Shown: piece by piece, positions 37,442 to 50,373 of the stretch | How the letters are laid out: each line of letters begins with the position of its first letter | Numbering within the stretch: position 1 is the first letter of the stretch | Assembly: GCA_039545335.1 (NCBI GenBank) | Contig: BCIN01000005.1 | Location: 124,001-188,000 of the forward strand | Reading direction: 5' to 3' | DNA: 64,000 nucleotides | Origin: Kondoa subrosea | Taxonomy: Eukaryota | Program-made: the position numbers and the translations under genes | Notes under the pieces: generated by a model | Database searches by the model: none | Told to the model about the DNA's origin: nothing | What the model saw: the letters and a program-made list of their open reading frames with translations, nothing else

Positions 37442-38444
37442 ATGGCGAACGAAGCGGCTGATCTATCTGGCCTCGCTTTGAGAGAATTGGAAAAAAGATA
37501 TCGAGTCTTAGGAGAGCTTGAAGAAGATCCAGCCGAAATGTATCTCGTCATCTTGAAGGGGTAGATCCTGGACGTAGGTCCAGTTATGGAACGTTCAAAA
37601 GAGGATGCTGGACGGCACAAATTTTGTTTGGAATTTTGGATCTTGCTCACAAAGCTATGCTCCAGAATCCGTCAAGAGCTTGAAGACAACAAGAGGTATG
37701 TATGCTCAAGCTACTTTTAAGGCGCTGACTCTAGCTACACTAGATGCAATCCGGCCGCGAGCAGGCAATGACTGTCAGTGATCGTTCTGCACCTTCACCA
37801 GAAGTCTCTTCCAGTCGCACGAACGCAACTCCAGTCAAATTCTCTGGCTCCGTCTTCTTTGGACAAATGCCACTATCTTCAGCTCATCAACTCGGTTTCT
37901 TAAGTCCCATGCTGATGATGGGAGGGCAGATCAGCCAGCTTTGCGAGGTCAAAACGAAACGTTGAAAAAGCCTGCGATCTTAACGCACGCTTCCCAGTGA
38001 TACGATGGTTCGCTTCTATTGTACTGCTATCTATGTTCATGCGATGGCTCACACTTCACTCCGCACAGGTTCCGACCTCTAGCCTCAGATGCGCAGGTAC
38101 ATCTGCTGGTACATTTGCAATAGAAAATGCCGAGAGCCTTTTGAAGATCAATGTTGTTTGCTCTTTGGATTTGGATGTCGATTCCCATCGTGCGAAAGCT
38201 TTCTCATTCGAGCCTACGAGTGCAGATGCTCTTATTCTGTTCAGCTACAAATCTGCCATTCCGAAGTTTATCTGGTGTCTGGAGCAATGGTCTGATGCTT
38301 GAGTCCGATAACTTGGCGATCTCACGCCCTGATCTTGTCATCCAAACTCTGTCCAGCTTCATCAACAGTCAAAGATTCTCCGGTCGATATCCGGTTGTCC
38401 AAGCCACGTTTCTTCTGCGCTCCACCTCAAACCAGCTCACCTAG
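37442..38444 (+). CDS. Hypothetical spliced protein
   Basis: MANEAADLSGLALRELEKRYRVLGELEEDPAEMYLVILKG followed by several GT-AG-bounded coding-like segments ending ...FLLRSTSNQLT*. No family recognised. Confidence 0.45.
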
Positions 38445-38697
38445 TGTCAGTGAGGCCTCTGAACGATCGTGCGATGCCTACATCAGTCTCAGACTAATTT
38501 GAAGAGGTAGAAGAGACAGAGGCGGGATGAAAACGGAGATTTTTGCAATTCCAAATTAGTACAGGAGGGAGGGAAATGGTGTAGATCGCTAGATATGATG
38601 CTATAACATGCGTACTATACTAGTCAGACGTCAATCGCCACAGTTCACCTCTGAGACATTCCGACTCTCTTTTGGTTGCCAAAACCGATGGCCTTCA

Positions 38698-41600
38698 ATG
38701 TCACTTGGCCTAGCAGTTGGAACACGCACTCGTCCTTCCGCTCTAGATCTTAGGTCGTCGTCCGCAGCGCCAGTGGATCCTTTACTCGAAAACGAACGAA
38801 GTGCAGGCTTGTACTTTTTACCTCGAACAGAAGTCCTTCCTCTGCCGCCTTCTCAAAAGGCAGGCGGTGTATCGTCCACCAAGAGACCTTTCGATACTTC
38901 ATTCTCAGAAGGGACCCTGGCTCGAGGCAAGAGGCCAAAGGCAGTCAAGTTTAGGTTAGTTGTAACTCCATCAAAACAGGGGGAAACGCTGCGCAAATTT
39001 CTCTAGGATAGGCTAATCTTTGCTTTACGCCTCACACAGTCCATCCAAAGGAAAGAGGTCTGCTCGCATTGTAGCTGGAGGCAATTCAAACGGTTTTTAC
39101 GCTTCACCCGTTGTATGTCGTCGTCATGACCTCTGTTGCGTTTCATTGAAGCTCTGGATCTAGGTCAACGACGATTTCTGCGAATCCTGTGGTGGAAAAG
39201 GACATTTTCTCTGTTGTGAAGGTTGTCCGAGGTCTTTTCATTTCAGCTGCCTCGACCCTCCGCTCGATCTCGACGAGATCCCACAAAACAGCTGGTTCTG
39301 TAAAGTTTGTCAAGCAGCTAATGTCGGTTATGCTATGGCACTTGTGTTTGAGCTGGGCTAATGCCGAGCCTTTTTCGCAACAGAACCCGCCTCGAAAAAG
39401 TAAACCTCCGAACGCTCTTTTTGCTTCTCTTTTGGAAGACGCCGCTTCATCAAATCCTAAGCAGTTTGTTCTCCCTTACAATATCAGAGCATCTTTCGCC
39501 CATAGTAAGCTCCAAAACAACCGGTAACGGCTTCCGAAAGCTTCCTTTCTGACGCACATTCCTTTCGCGTAGTCGTTGCGACTGAATCTGGTGATTATAC
39601 AGACAATTCTACCTCCAAAGCAGTCAAAGTAACGTAAGTCTCAGAACATTGGTGGAAATCCCGGAAATATTTTCACTGACGTTGCAAAAATAGCAAACAC
39701 GGTCTGTTCGATTTGCCTGACCCATATCGCGTGAAAGACAAACACGGTCAAGTCATATCTTGCTACCTTTGTGATCTGTCGGCCTCTCATTCGGAAAAGA
39801 AGCAAATCATCTCTTGCGATTATTGTGAAGCTCATTGGCATTTGGATTGTTTGGACCCTCCTCTGAGTGTTGCACCTGCTAAATCGAGAAAGTGGATGTG
39901 CCCTGTACATTCTGATCACGAAGCAGTAAGTCGCAGTGAGACTGTTGAAGTAAGCTGAAATATGTTATTGCTGCAGCCTGTATATCGAAAACCCAAAGCA
40001 CAGCAAACAATGATTGTAAATGAACGCAATATGCCAAACAATGGCAACATCACTATCAAAGCTAGACCAGCAGTGACAAAAGCCGAACCTCAATGGGAAG
40101 AGGTCGTGCAGAATGGACTGCGCTATCAAGTGCCAGAAGAGACGCTGATATTAGACTTTTGGGCCAAAGTGCGAGGTGAACCGAAAGTGTGAGTCACAAG
40201 CAGATCTCTTCTTTTTGGACGCTCATCATCAGTACAGCGCGAACCCTTCTTATCGCGAACAACTGGCTAAGCAGCTGGGCGTTGGCTCTTCAGCAACTCT
40301 TGCTACAGCTGGTGAAGCAGAAGATCCTGGTCATCTTTCGGATTCATCTCTCAGTTCTTTAGCATCCTCAGATAAAGGCTCACCACCTCCTGTTCCTGTT
40401 GTATCAGCAGAAAGAAAAGGGCCTGGCAGTCTAAGAGTAATACCGAGGGAAATAGCCAACTCGAGTCAGCTTACTGCTTTGCCTACAGCCGATAGAATAG
40501 TCAGTTCTTCTATATCACGGCATTAAATTGGCTGATCATGTATGTAGCCTTCACCTACGCCGCAATTTGAGATTGCTATCGACCAGCGAATACGGTTGCC
40601 ATCACCGACACCGGAAGTCGAGACCGCTGCGTCAAAAAGAGCAGCTCGAAGGGCTGCACGAAGTGCAGGAACCAATGGCATCAACTCTCGAGCAAACGGA
40701 CCGGCAGGTCATTCACCTTTGAAGCTCCGCTTGACATTGCCTTCGAAAGGCAAAGGCAAGGGCAAAGAACGGGCCTTTGAAGATGTTCCTGCTACTGTTC
40801 AAGCTGAAGTTGGCTCTTCCGGCTCGCAAAGTGCAGTATTACCGCAACCTAAAGCTCCTACAATACCGCCAGCTGGGTCGCGAAGCGCACTTTTAGCGCC
40901 TCCTCTTCCAGTGGTCTTGCCTCCTGGAGCTTCGCCTTACATGGGCCATATTCCAGCACATCATGTTCAAGCTCCAGAGCCAATCATTCCCTCTGTCTTT
41001 CAGCCTCCACAGCATCAATTTCGGCAGCAGCCTGTTTCAAGAGGAATGCCCGCTCGCAATCCCGTTATAGTGCAGCAACGAATGCCAACTAGAGTTCAAT
41101 ACAGTACGCCTGTCAAAGCCCAATCGCCTGAAGTAGACAGAGCAGCTGCCAAAGCGGACAGGACTCGTACACCAATAAATAGGTCTGCTTCTGGCTCTTC
41201 GACCGCTAGCAATGGTCTTCATCAATCGCTTCCTGCATCGACTCTTCCTTCTCAACCCAACGCTCCATCTCTTCCATCTCCACAACAACCTTCCACATTC
41301 CCATCTGTTCTAGGTCAACCTGGCGTATCTCGAGCCAGAAGCACTGAATCACCAGCTGCTGATCCTTCGCTGGCAATACAAAGTAAAGAAGACCTCAAAG
41401 CATTATCGCACGTTCGCAAGCTGTTGAAAGCGGAAGGCTATGCGAATCAGAAAGACAGTGTGGTGGATTTCATCATGTCAGAAGCACCTGTTGTTCCAGT
41501 TTTGGATTTCTTGGGAAACGCTAAGCAGCCCTGGTGAGTCTTCAATACATGACAAGAAACGTAGAGAGACCAACATTATCGAGATAGGGAATTGCCTTGG

Positions 41601-41759
41601 GATGGTACTCAACCGCAAGCTGCTCCTCTTTCTACAGCCTCTACAATTCCGCCGAATGGTCATATTGCGGCTCAAGCGAAACAAGTCGATCTTCTACCTC
41701 CCGTGTCTGGCAACACGGCTGCGTATGATGAAGGTTCAGATATGGATCTGAGCAGCTGA
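38698..41759 (+). CDS. RCO1: Double PHD-finger protein, Rco1-like (Rpd3S complex)
   Basis: PHD1 NDDFCESCGGKGHFLCCEGCPRSFHFSCLDPP...WFCKVC; NPKQFVLP; PHD2 CYLC...IISCDYCEAHWHLDCLDPPL...KWMCPVH; NNGNITI; YQVPEETLILDFW. Confidence 0.85.
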
Positions 41760-42103
41760 TGACATGATGAAGGGCAATTCGGATCTTGTTGTGCATATAG
41801 CAGTTCGCTTTAAGACAGCAAGTGCTTGTCTCCTTTCAGCATCGTTATAGCCAAAATCAATATAGCTCTCGAGGAGCTGTCGAGTTCTTCCTTTCCAGTT
41901 GTTTTTCTTTACCCACCAAGCTGCTGATTTTCAATATCTGATACCACGTATGTTATACCCATAGTCTGAACTGGCGGCCACCGCCCGTCTGGCTTGGGCC
42001 GACAGGGCACATTTGCTCTTCGCTTATTGGATCGCTTTGCTCAATAGCAAGTCTCAAATTTGGGACTCAACATCCTACACGCTCCTGATACAATTCTACT
42101 GCT

Positions 42104-42948
42104 ATGTCACATGAAGTAGACTGGGATGCTGTAGAGGGTGGCCAGGTTTATGAAATGCGAGAGCGGGCGTCGATGGAAGATGCAATTGGACTAGGCAGCG
42201 CTGAACAAGTACCTTGCGGGCGGAAAAGCTTGCTGATCCTGGTCTTGGCTAGATGGTCTAATCAGCATCATCTACTGATCATCAGAGTAAGTGCAAGTTT
42301 TTATTCTGCAGCCAATCAACTGATTTTATTCTGTTAGCTTTGTACTGAACCCAGCGCCGACACATTGAACTGCTACCACTCACCATTCCCGCAACCGATT
42401 ATTCCATGAGCGTCATATCTGAGAGGGGTCCGCAGGTTTGGCCTACATTTCTCGGCAAGCATTCTAGGTCCTACCTTGACAAGAATTCATACTACACGAT
42501 TGACTCGAGTCAGGTTCAACTGCTCACCACCAAGGCAGGTCCGCTGAAAATGAGGAAGGGCGACTACGACCACCTGCAATTGCGTTTCCGCACCATGGTC
42601 CAGTCCATGCTATCAGACTTGACGAGCAGCAGTAGCAGCAATCGCTTCTTTAAAAGTGCTTCGTTCTCGGCACAACCCCAGTCATACTTGAGGACTCGTA
42701 GCGAAGCAGATGTTGGTACCGCTCACCAGCAGCAAGTCAGCCAGTCCTGTCCGTCATGTACTACCGACGACTTTCTGAATAAGCTAAACATCTACAAGAA
42801 GGACAGCGACTTGGCAATAGCATGGCAACAACAGGAAGAGGACGATGATGATTTCGCAGAAGGTGATATGGGCTATTTGGATCAGGAAAAGAAAGATCTC
42901 ATTGCAGGTTGGCTGCGTACTGGGAATTACTGTTCTTACCACAGCTGA
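42104..42948 (+). CDS. Hypothetical protein
   Basis: Exon 1 MSHEVDWDAVEGG..., intron ~42287-42337, then a long open exon to TGA at 42948. No family recognised. Confidence 0.5.
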
Positions 42949-43155
42949 TCGAATGTATCACAAACTTCTTTTGCGTCGTCAATCACTCTCCTGTAACTTG
43001 TAGCCTCGGAATATCACCTGACACGCAACAACGGGCACTGATTACATTAATCTGCTCTGCAAAGTCGCGCTGCATGTCTTGCAAGAGGCTACCTCTATAC
43101 CAGAGCATAGATTGATACCCTTCCTCGCTTGCATTGAGCTTCTGGCGTATAAACC

Positions 43156-46100
43156 ATGTTCTCGCGGACAAAGAGAAATCAGATCTCTGAGCCTGTGCCA
43201 GTGCCGTATGATCAAAGACCAGCAGCTACGCCTCCAATACCTGTTGCCTCACATGGCTTCGACTTTACAACGCCAAAAGCCAGTCGAACAAGTCAAGATC
43301 AACCTATTGAGCCCTCTGCAAATCCCTTGGCTCCTCAGCGATCTATACGCTCAGTCAGGTCTGTGCATGATACACGAGAACGTAGGCAACGAGATGCGGC
43401 TTCATCAGAGTACAGCAATGGACCTGTAGATCAGCGAAGTTATACACCAAGCTCACGCACAAGTAACGCAAGTGATACTTCGAGCTCTTACTATCAAGGC
43501 AACCCAGTCTCTACAAATTCTCTGGAAAGTCAACGGGATCCTAATGGCACAGTATCCTCTAGAACCACAAATCACTCAATGAGCAGTTCAACCAGTTCTT
43601 ATGCACCTTCAATACGATCTGTAGCATCCAGCGCAGCCAATTCTTCTTCTTACTCTATTCATTCGACAGCTACTGGTCAAACTACACCTCAACCAGCATC
43701 AACACCTCAAATGGGTCATCCACCACCTCCTCGTCAACGACCTAGCAATACTCCTTCGCATGGATTGCAAAACAGATCATCTAGATCAAGTCTCATCATC
43801 CCAAACTCACCTGTTCCTTCTATCCCAGCTGGTTTTGATTACCCTAGACCAGACTCACCTACCGAAATAGAATTGCAATTTGCCGAATTAGTGAATAGAA
43901 CAATGCAAGGAACAGCTAAAGATGAAATGCTTCAATGGTCTTTGGAAAGGAAATGGAACCTAGTTTTAGCCGATAAACAAAATGATGCTCTTAGTGCCAA
44001 AAAGGGAAAGAAAGTACTAGGTCACGCTCCAAATACATCTTCAAGGCATTCGAAATTAGGAGGAGGGGGAGGAGGAGGAGAGCAGGATAGTTTACTGTCT
44101 ACTTTGGTTGATAAAGCAAAAGGCAAAGGTAAAGCTAGACCAGACGGACCAGACGCTTATTTGGGAAGCTTCTTTGATAATACGGTCGATGCTGCAAAAG
44201 TTGCTGGTCTGGGTGTAGCATTGAGATCTTATGATGTCAGGTGAATTTCTTCGATCTTGGTAAGCATGCAGGTCATCGCTAACATGAGACACATGAAAGT
44301 TGGCTCAAGGCGTTCTTGAAGCTACGTGGTCAAGCTGTGTTGGCGGATGCTCTGCACAAAATCAACAAACCTCAGCAATGGAAAGAGACTGACCTGTCTA
44401 TAGAGCACGAATTGCTCAAATGCTTGAAAACGATTCTGAACAGTAGAGTGTGTCAGAATCGTTTAATCTACAGCTGTCGTGCTGATTATATTCTCAGGCT
44501 GGTACCGAAGATGCTATTCAACACTCATCTATCGTCACTAGCGTGGTCATGTCACTCACTTCTCCTCACATACCCACTCGCAAAACAGTTCTCGATCTAC
44601 TCACGTTCTTAGCCTACTTTGAAAACGGTGCAAAAGGGCACCCTTTGGTCTTACAAGGTCTCGATATGCTTATGAAAGTACGGAGTGAACAAAGTAGATT
44701 CGATGCTTGGTTTGCGACTTTTGAAGCAACCATCGATGGAAGAGGTCGAATGGGCAGTCTTGTTGGAGCAAGCGAAGAGATTCGAAGTCTTCGCGGCAAG
44801 GAAATCAAAGCTGCAATGCTAGCTGCTGCTGGGAATGGACAGATTGATAGCGTTTTGAGTGAATATGCTGTACGTTGACTTGGCCCTTCAGTTCTCTATT
44901 TCGCTGATGAAAACACTTCAGCTATCGAATATCCTTCTTATCAACGGTCTTCTGCAACATGTCGATGATCTGGACGTGAGAATACACTTACGAAATCAAA
45001 TGGAGGCTTCTGGTCTACATCGTATCCTTGAGAAACTACGAGCTTTTGGTCATCCCGTGCTCGATTCCAACTTGAAGAATTATGATGATCAAGCTGCCTT
45101 TGATATGGCTGAGCTGAAAGAGAACTTCGCACAAGATGTTTTGGAAGACCTCGGCGATCCATATGATGTGCTGAGAGCTATTCTCTCATCTGTCGAAGGC
45201 ACAAGAGCGCAAGACTTCCTTATCTCGACCCTGAAACATCTTCTGCTCATCCGTCAAGAAGGAGATCAGCGAGTGCGATACTTTCAGCTAATAGATCAGC
45301 TCGTGACTAGTATTGTTCTTGATCGAAAGACATTAGAGAACGACTTCTCCCAAGTATTGGGTGCAAGTGTCGCGGATATTGCGTCTCGCTTTGCCGATCA
45401 AGAGAGACTGCAGCAAGCACTTGAAGAACTGTCAACTGTCAAGACACAAGCACAGAGGCTGCGAAATCAGAAAGAAGATCTCGAAGAAGCGATGGCTGCC
45501 AATCAAGGTGGAAATGTTATTCAGCTGAAGACCCAATTGAGCAGAACCGAGCAAGATCTAGAGGTCTCAAGAAAAACATCCTCTGCTTTGGAAGATAGAT
45601 TGACCAGTATAGAGAAAATGTTCAAGGATAAAGAAGCCCTGCAAGAGATGCAAATTCAAGAATTGTTTGCAATGCTAAAAGAAGCGCGTATGCTGGAAAG
45701 CGTCGATGTGGATGGCACCAATATGCTTGATAGAAGAGAACTGCTTACTCTGATGGAGAAGAAAATGGAACGTACTCGTGCTTTCTATGCTCTGGAAGGA
45801 AAATCGATAGAAGCTGAAGCTGAGCGGAAAGCTAAGTCTTCGAGTGGCAGCCAGGCGAGCAATGTCACTAGAAGAAGTTGTTTCGAGGATGCAGAAGATG
45901 AAGCTGTTCGGCACCATATCGAGAATCGTCTTGCACAAGAAGCAACTCAATTGGTAAGTCAATTTTATCGGTAGATTTCGTGCCAAGCTGATATCATACT
46001 AGTCACCATTTCGAGCTAAGCGCAATGGATCCCCTCAAAGTACTCGAACTCTGCCTAAAGCCAACAGAGTCATCACACCAAATGCTCGTTTGCAGCTTAC

Positions 46101-48733
46101 CCAGCGGATACTCGATAGGGACGAAGATGAAGAGCTCACGCCTCAACCTAAACGATATCAGCAAATGGTCTCATTGGGCGTACAAACACAACCAACCTTC
46201 TCATCTCATCAGACGTCTCCTAACCGGAAGCCTTCTATGCCTATGGGTCTTCTCGATCAGATCAAAGCTAAGAACGCTTCGCGGCTACCTTCTCCACCTC
46301 TTGACGACGATGAAGATACACCAGGTAGGTCAAGCAATCGATCAGACAGTGGCTTCAGTCAATCGTCGGGCATAGAATCTCTTGGGCGACCTACCAAATC
46401 ACCGAAAAGAGAATCACGTCTACGTCAAGGTGCTTCCGAGTCGTCAACATCGAGTCGTGCCAGCTCGCCTATTCTTGCGCCTATAGTTGCTGGACCTCCT
46501 CCACCACCTCCTCCTCCTCCTTTCCTGCCAGGTCCTCAGCTTAACAATGTAGTTTCTGTACCTCCTCCGCCTCCGCCTCCTCCAATGATGAATTCGCTTG
46601 GTATACCAGGCGCTTCTCTAGCGCCCTCTCCAGTCATAACACCTACTGGCTCGCCTGGCCGTTCTCCCTCTCCTTCTTCTCCTGGCCGCATACCAGATTT
46701 CGCTGCTCAATTCGCTAAAGTTCAGCTCAAGAAAGTCGATCGATCAGGTTCCGATACAATGGTCATTCCCAAAGGAAGTATGATTGCGCCTGCAGGTAGC
46801 ACGATTCTCGCTCCTGCTCCTCCTATGCCGCCGCCGAATTTCCCAGGTCGACCGAATATGCCTGCGCCCCAGTTAGCCAATCTTCGCAAGAATGTGCCTG
46901 TCGCAGCTAGTCAAAGAACCAATCAAGTCTTCTGGGAAGCTATTTCCCAGAAGGATGTCTCTGTTACAGTTTGGGGTCAAGGCACTCTCGATGAAGATGC
47001 ACTGGCTCGTATGCTGAAAGCTGATGGTGTCTTTGATCAAATGGAAGATGACTTCAAAGCAAAACAAGCTGTCAAGATTGGAGCACCAAAGAAAGCAGCC
47101 AGCCTCATATCTGTTCTTGATGCACCTATGCGACAGCGCATAGAGATTTTGCTGCGCAAGCACACTGCCGCGACAGCTGTCACCGATGACGCTGATTTCA
47201 GAAAAAAGTTGGCTGAGCTTTCCTCTCAACTACTGCGCTGCGATCGAGATCTATGCACAGAAGATTTCCTATCCGAATTGCGACTTGTTCTGCCGAATGC
47301 GACTGTTACAGGTCAGCTGAGTGTCTACAGACAAGCTACTAGAGAAGTTCTGGACACCCTACACAAGGCGGATCAGTTCTTGGTTGAACTGCTCAAAATC
47401 GATCGCTTGAATGCCCGAGTCGAGGGTTTACTTTACAAGACTCGCTTTTTCGATAACGCTACTCGAATTAGCGCCAATGCAACTCGAATCATTGATGCTT
47501 GCCAGTCTCTCAAGACAGCACCTCACTTTGCTGATTTGCTACAAATGGCCTTGACTTTGGGCAATTTCTTGAATGCTTCCGGACGAGGTGGAGCGTACGG
47601 ATTCAGAGTATCTAGCTTGAACAAGGTCAGTGCACACTTGACGTACGGTAATCAAGCTAAATGGTTCTATAGTTCGTTGACACGAAAAAAGCTGGCGGGA
47701 AGACATTGTTGCATACGCTTGAACAGATCGTCACTGCTAAGTTTCCAGAGGTTCAAGGGTTCGAGCAAGAAATTGCCGGGGCAGTGGATTGCTACAAATG
47801 TCAGTACAATTGTTGCCTCATCATGAAGTCATTGACGTCCAGCACAGTGAGCTTGGATGAAGTGCGCAAAGACTTTGGTGATATTAGAAAAGCATTCGCG
47901 TCCACATCCCAAGAGTTGGATGATAACTTCCAAGATCCAGACAAGCTGTCAAGCGATGATCATTACCCGAAAACCATGACTCGATTCTTACGCGAAGCAG
48001 GAGAAGAGATCAAGTCAATACAAGATAAGATCACGCTAGCTGTAGCTCTATTCGAAGAAGTGCTCAAACTGTATCAAGAGAACAGAGGAAGTCAAGGCAC
48101 CGTCGAGTTCTTTGGTATATTCAAGACTTTTATGGTCTCTTATCAGGTCGGTTTTTTTATTGTGACAGCTGTCAGAAGTTGCTGATGCGATAACTTCGAA
48201 ACTTGACAGAAAGTCAAAAAAGAGAATCTCGCGGCATCAGAAGAAGAGCGTGCGATCGCGAAGCGGAAAGAAGTAAGCTATTGCAATCATTTGCATACTT
48301 CGGCTAATGCTCTCCACAGGCCAACGAGGCTCGAAGAGAAGAGCAAGCAGAACTCCAGCGGCAGCGAGAAGCTTTGCAAGCCAGTGGCGATGCATCAGGT
48401 CTGGACCAAATACTCACTGCTCTACGAACATCGAAAGCTTTGGGCAACAAGCGGGACAGGAAAGCTCGCAAGAGGACTTCTTCCCTTACTACCGCGCCTC
48501 TGTCTGCATCGCTGGACGATGTAGGCGATGTTGCATCAGAACTGCTCAAGGAACTTGGGGTCGACGGTGATGAGATGTTCTCTCCTCCTCGAACACCTCA
48601 AGGATTCACATCAATAAGAAGAAGTCGAAGGCTGACCGGAAGCGATCAGGCCTCGTCAGAACCAAATACGCCTAGAACACCTGGAACAGCTGGAACAAAC
48701 GAAACACTAATAGAAGAAGAAGATGAGGATTAA
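43156..48733 (+). CDS. Diaphanous-related formin (Bni1/SepA-like)
   Basis: GBD/FH3 (LERKWNLV, HELLKCLKTILN, GRGRMGSLVGASEE, RIHLRNQMEASGL), coiled coil, FH1 polyproline runs, FH2 (QVFWEAI, LTLGNFLN..GAYGFRVSSLNK, EFFGIFKTF) and DAD-like LDQILTALR plus a basic stretch. Confidence 0.95.
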
Positions 48734-48927
48734 TATCAGCGCATTGGAGATGTATTATGTTGAGTTGTAAGTTTGTGTATGAAAAGGGATTTGGCATGTA
48801 TATCATTTTCGCATAAACGCATACCTAGCATGTCACATAAATGGAAAACAGCTGGCTTGTCACAAAGAGATTTGTTTGAGTGCATTATGAATTACAGAAT
48901 GAGGAGAAGATACATGTGAGAACGCGT

Positions 48928-50138
48928 CTAGAACATAACATCCTTGTCAGCCGTTGCGAGCAGATCTTGCTGCTCCTGATCGCCTCCTCCAAGTTCTTTC
49001 TTTTTTTGTTCCGTTTCGGCATCTGCTGCTGCTGCACGCTTCGACTTGGCGGCTTGGACTTTCTGTAGTGGATGGTCAAACTTGATCAGCACATGCTGAA
49101 ATTTTTACCGGTCCCTACCTTTAGCCTGAAGAAGTCTTCTCTGTCCATTTCATCCAGCTCGGAGTTGATGTATCTACCGCAACCGTCGGTTCAAACTACT
49201 AGCAGAATAATTTCCTTGTGAGAGCTCACTTGATAGTATTCTCTAATCTAGGTATCACAACATGCTCCAAAGCATTGACTCTTCTGTTAGTCATTTGAAT
49301 AACTTCATCCAAGATGACAAAGGCCGTTTGCAAACTAGCCAATTCGACCAAAGTTTCCATAGCTTTAGCATAAATTTCCCTCGCTTTCTGAATCTGTTGA
49401 CCACCTCTACCTAAACCCGTCAAACCGAAATCACTTGCTGCTCCACCAGAATCGTTTTTGGTTCGTTTAGCTTTGAAAGAAGGTAGAATGACACCTGAAA
49501 CGTTTTCTTGAGTTGCTTCAACTGTGAAAGTAGCTTCTCTGGCCGCTTCTTGAATTTGATACCCAATGTCGCCTGCAGAGTAAGTGACTTCCGCTAGAGA
49601 GAAAGCTGCCAGTTGCATGATTCGTCCCATCTTGCGCTTTGCCTGTTCGTATAAAGTCACCAAAATATGAATGTGAAACTCAATCTTTGTTGCCCGAACG
49701 GACCTCATCTATCTTGCCTGTGATGACTCGGAAACGTTTCGTCAAAGCATCGGCTTTCTTCTTCCTGTAGATTGGAGGACTGCTCGAGCTGAGAAACCAG
49801 CAAGCGAAGTCAGTCACCTACAGCAACGAATGTCCAGCTGAAAGACTTGGTCAGTCCGATCACTACCAAGCCTTGAATTATGTCGACGCACTCTGAGCAC
49901 CCTTCATTCGAGTCTTGATGTTTGTGAGATTCATTCGTCTGTGCAATTGGAGTATGTCAGCTTTAAGTACAGCTTGAAAACAGACACAAGCGTACGTTGG
50001 GAACACATCTGAGTTGATAGAGCATCAGTCCTAAACCACATAGAGCTTCGTTATGACCTACTCTCGCGAGCTCCTAAGCTTCGGCGTCAGAGGGTGAAAT
50101 CTAGGCAAATGGCGCAGTTTCTCACCTGTTCCAGACAT
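48928..50138 (-). CDS. VMA8: V-ATPase V1 subunit D
   Basis: Spliced N-terminus MSGTGGARENVFPTRMNL...KGAQTGHSLLKKKADALTKRFR; AKRKMGRIMQLAAFSLAEV, ENVSGVILP, GLTGLGRGGQQI, TNRRVNALEHVVIPRLENTI, ELDEMDREDFFRLK. Confidence 0.96.
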
Positions 50139-50373
50139 GTTGAGCTTCTACTGGTAGTGACTAGGATTCTAAGGAGATAGAGCTGCAGGAAGAGAGCGCA
50201 CCAAGAGTCTCGTGTTGGTCGTATTTGGTTTGTAAGATTTACTTTGTGAATTTAGGAAGATGGAGAGAGAGCGGCTTCCCTTCTCTTCAGCAACGATAAG
50301 CATACGAGAGCTCGGACTGGCATATATTCAGCTGCGCGATATCTGATACCCTGTCTTTGTGCGCGCGATCACA

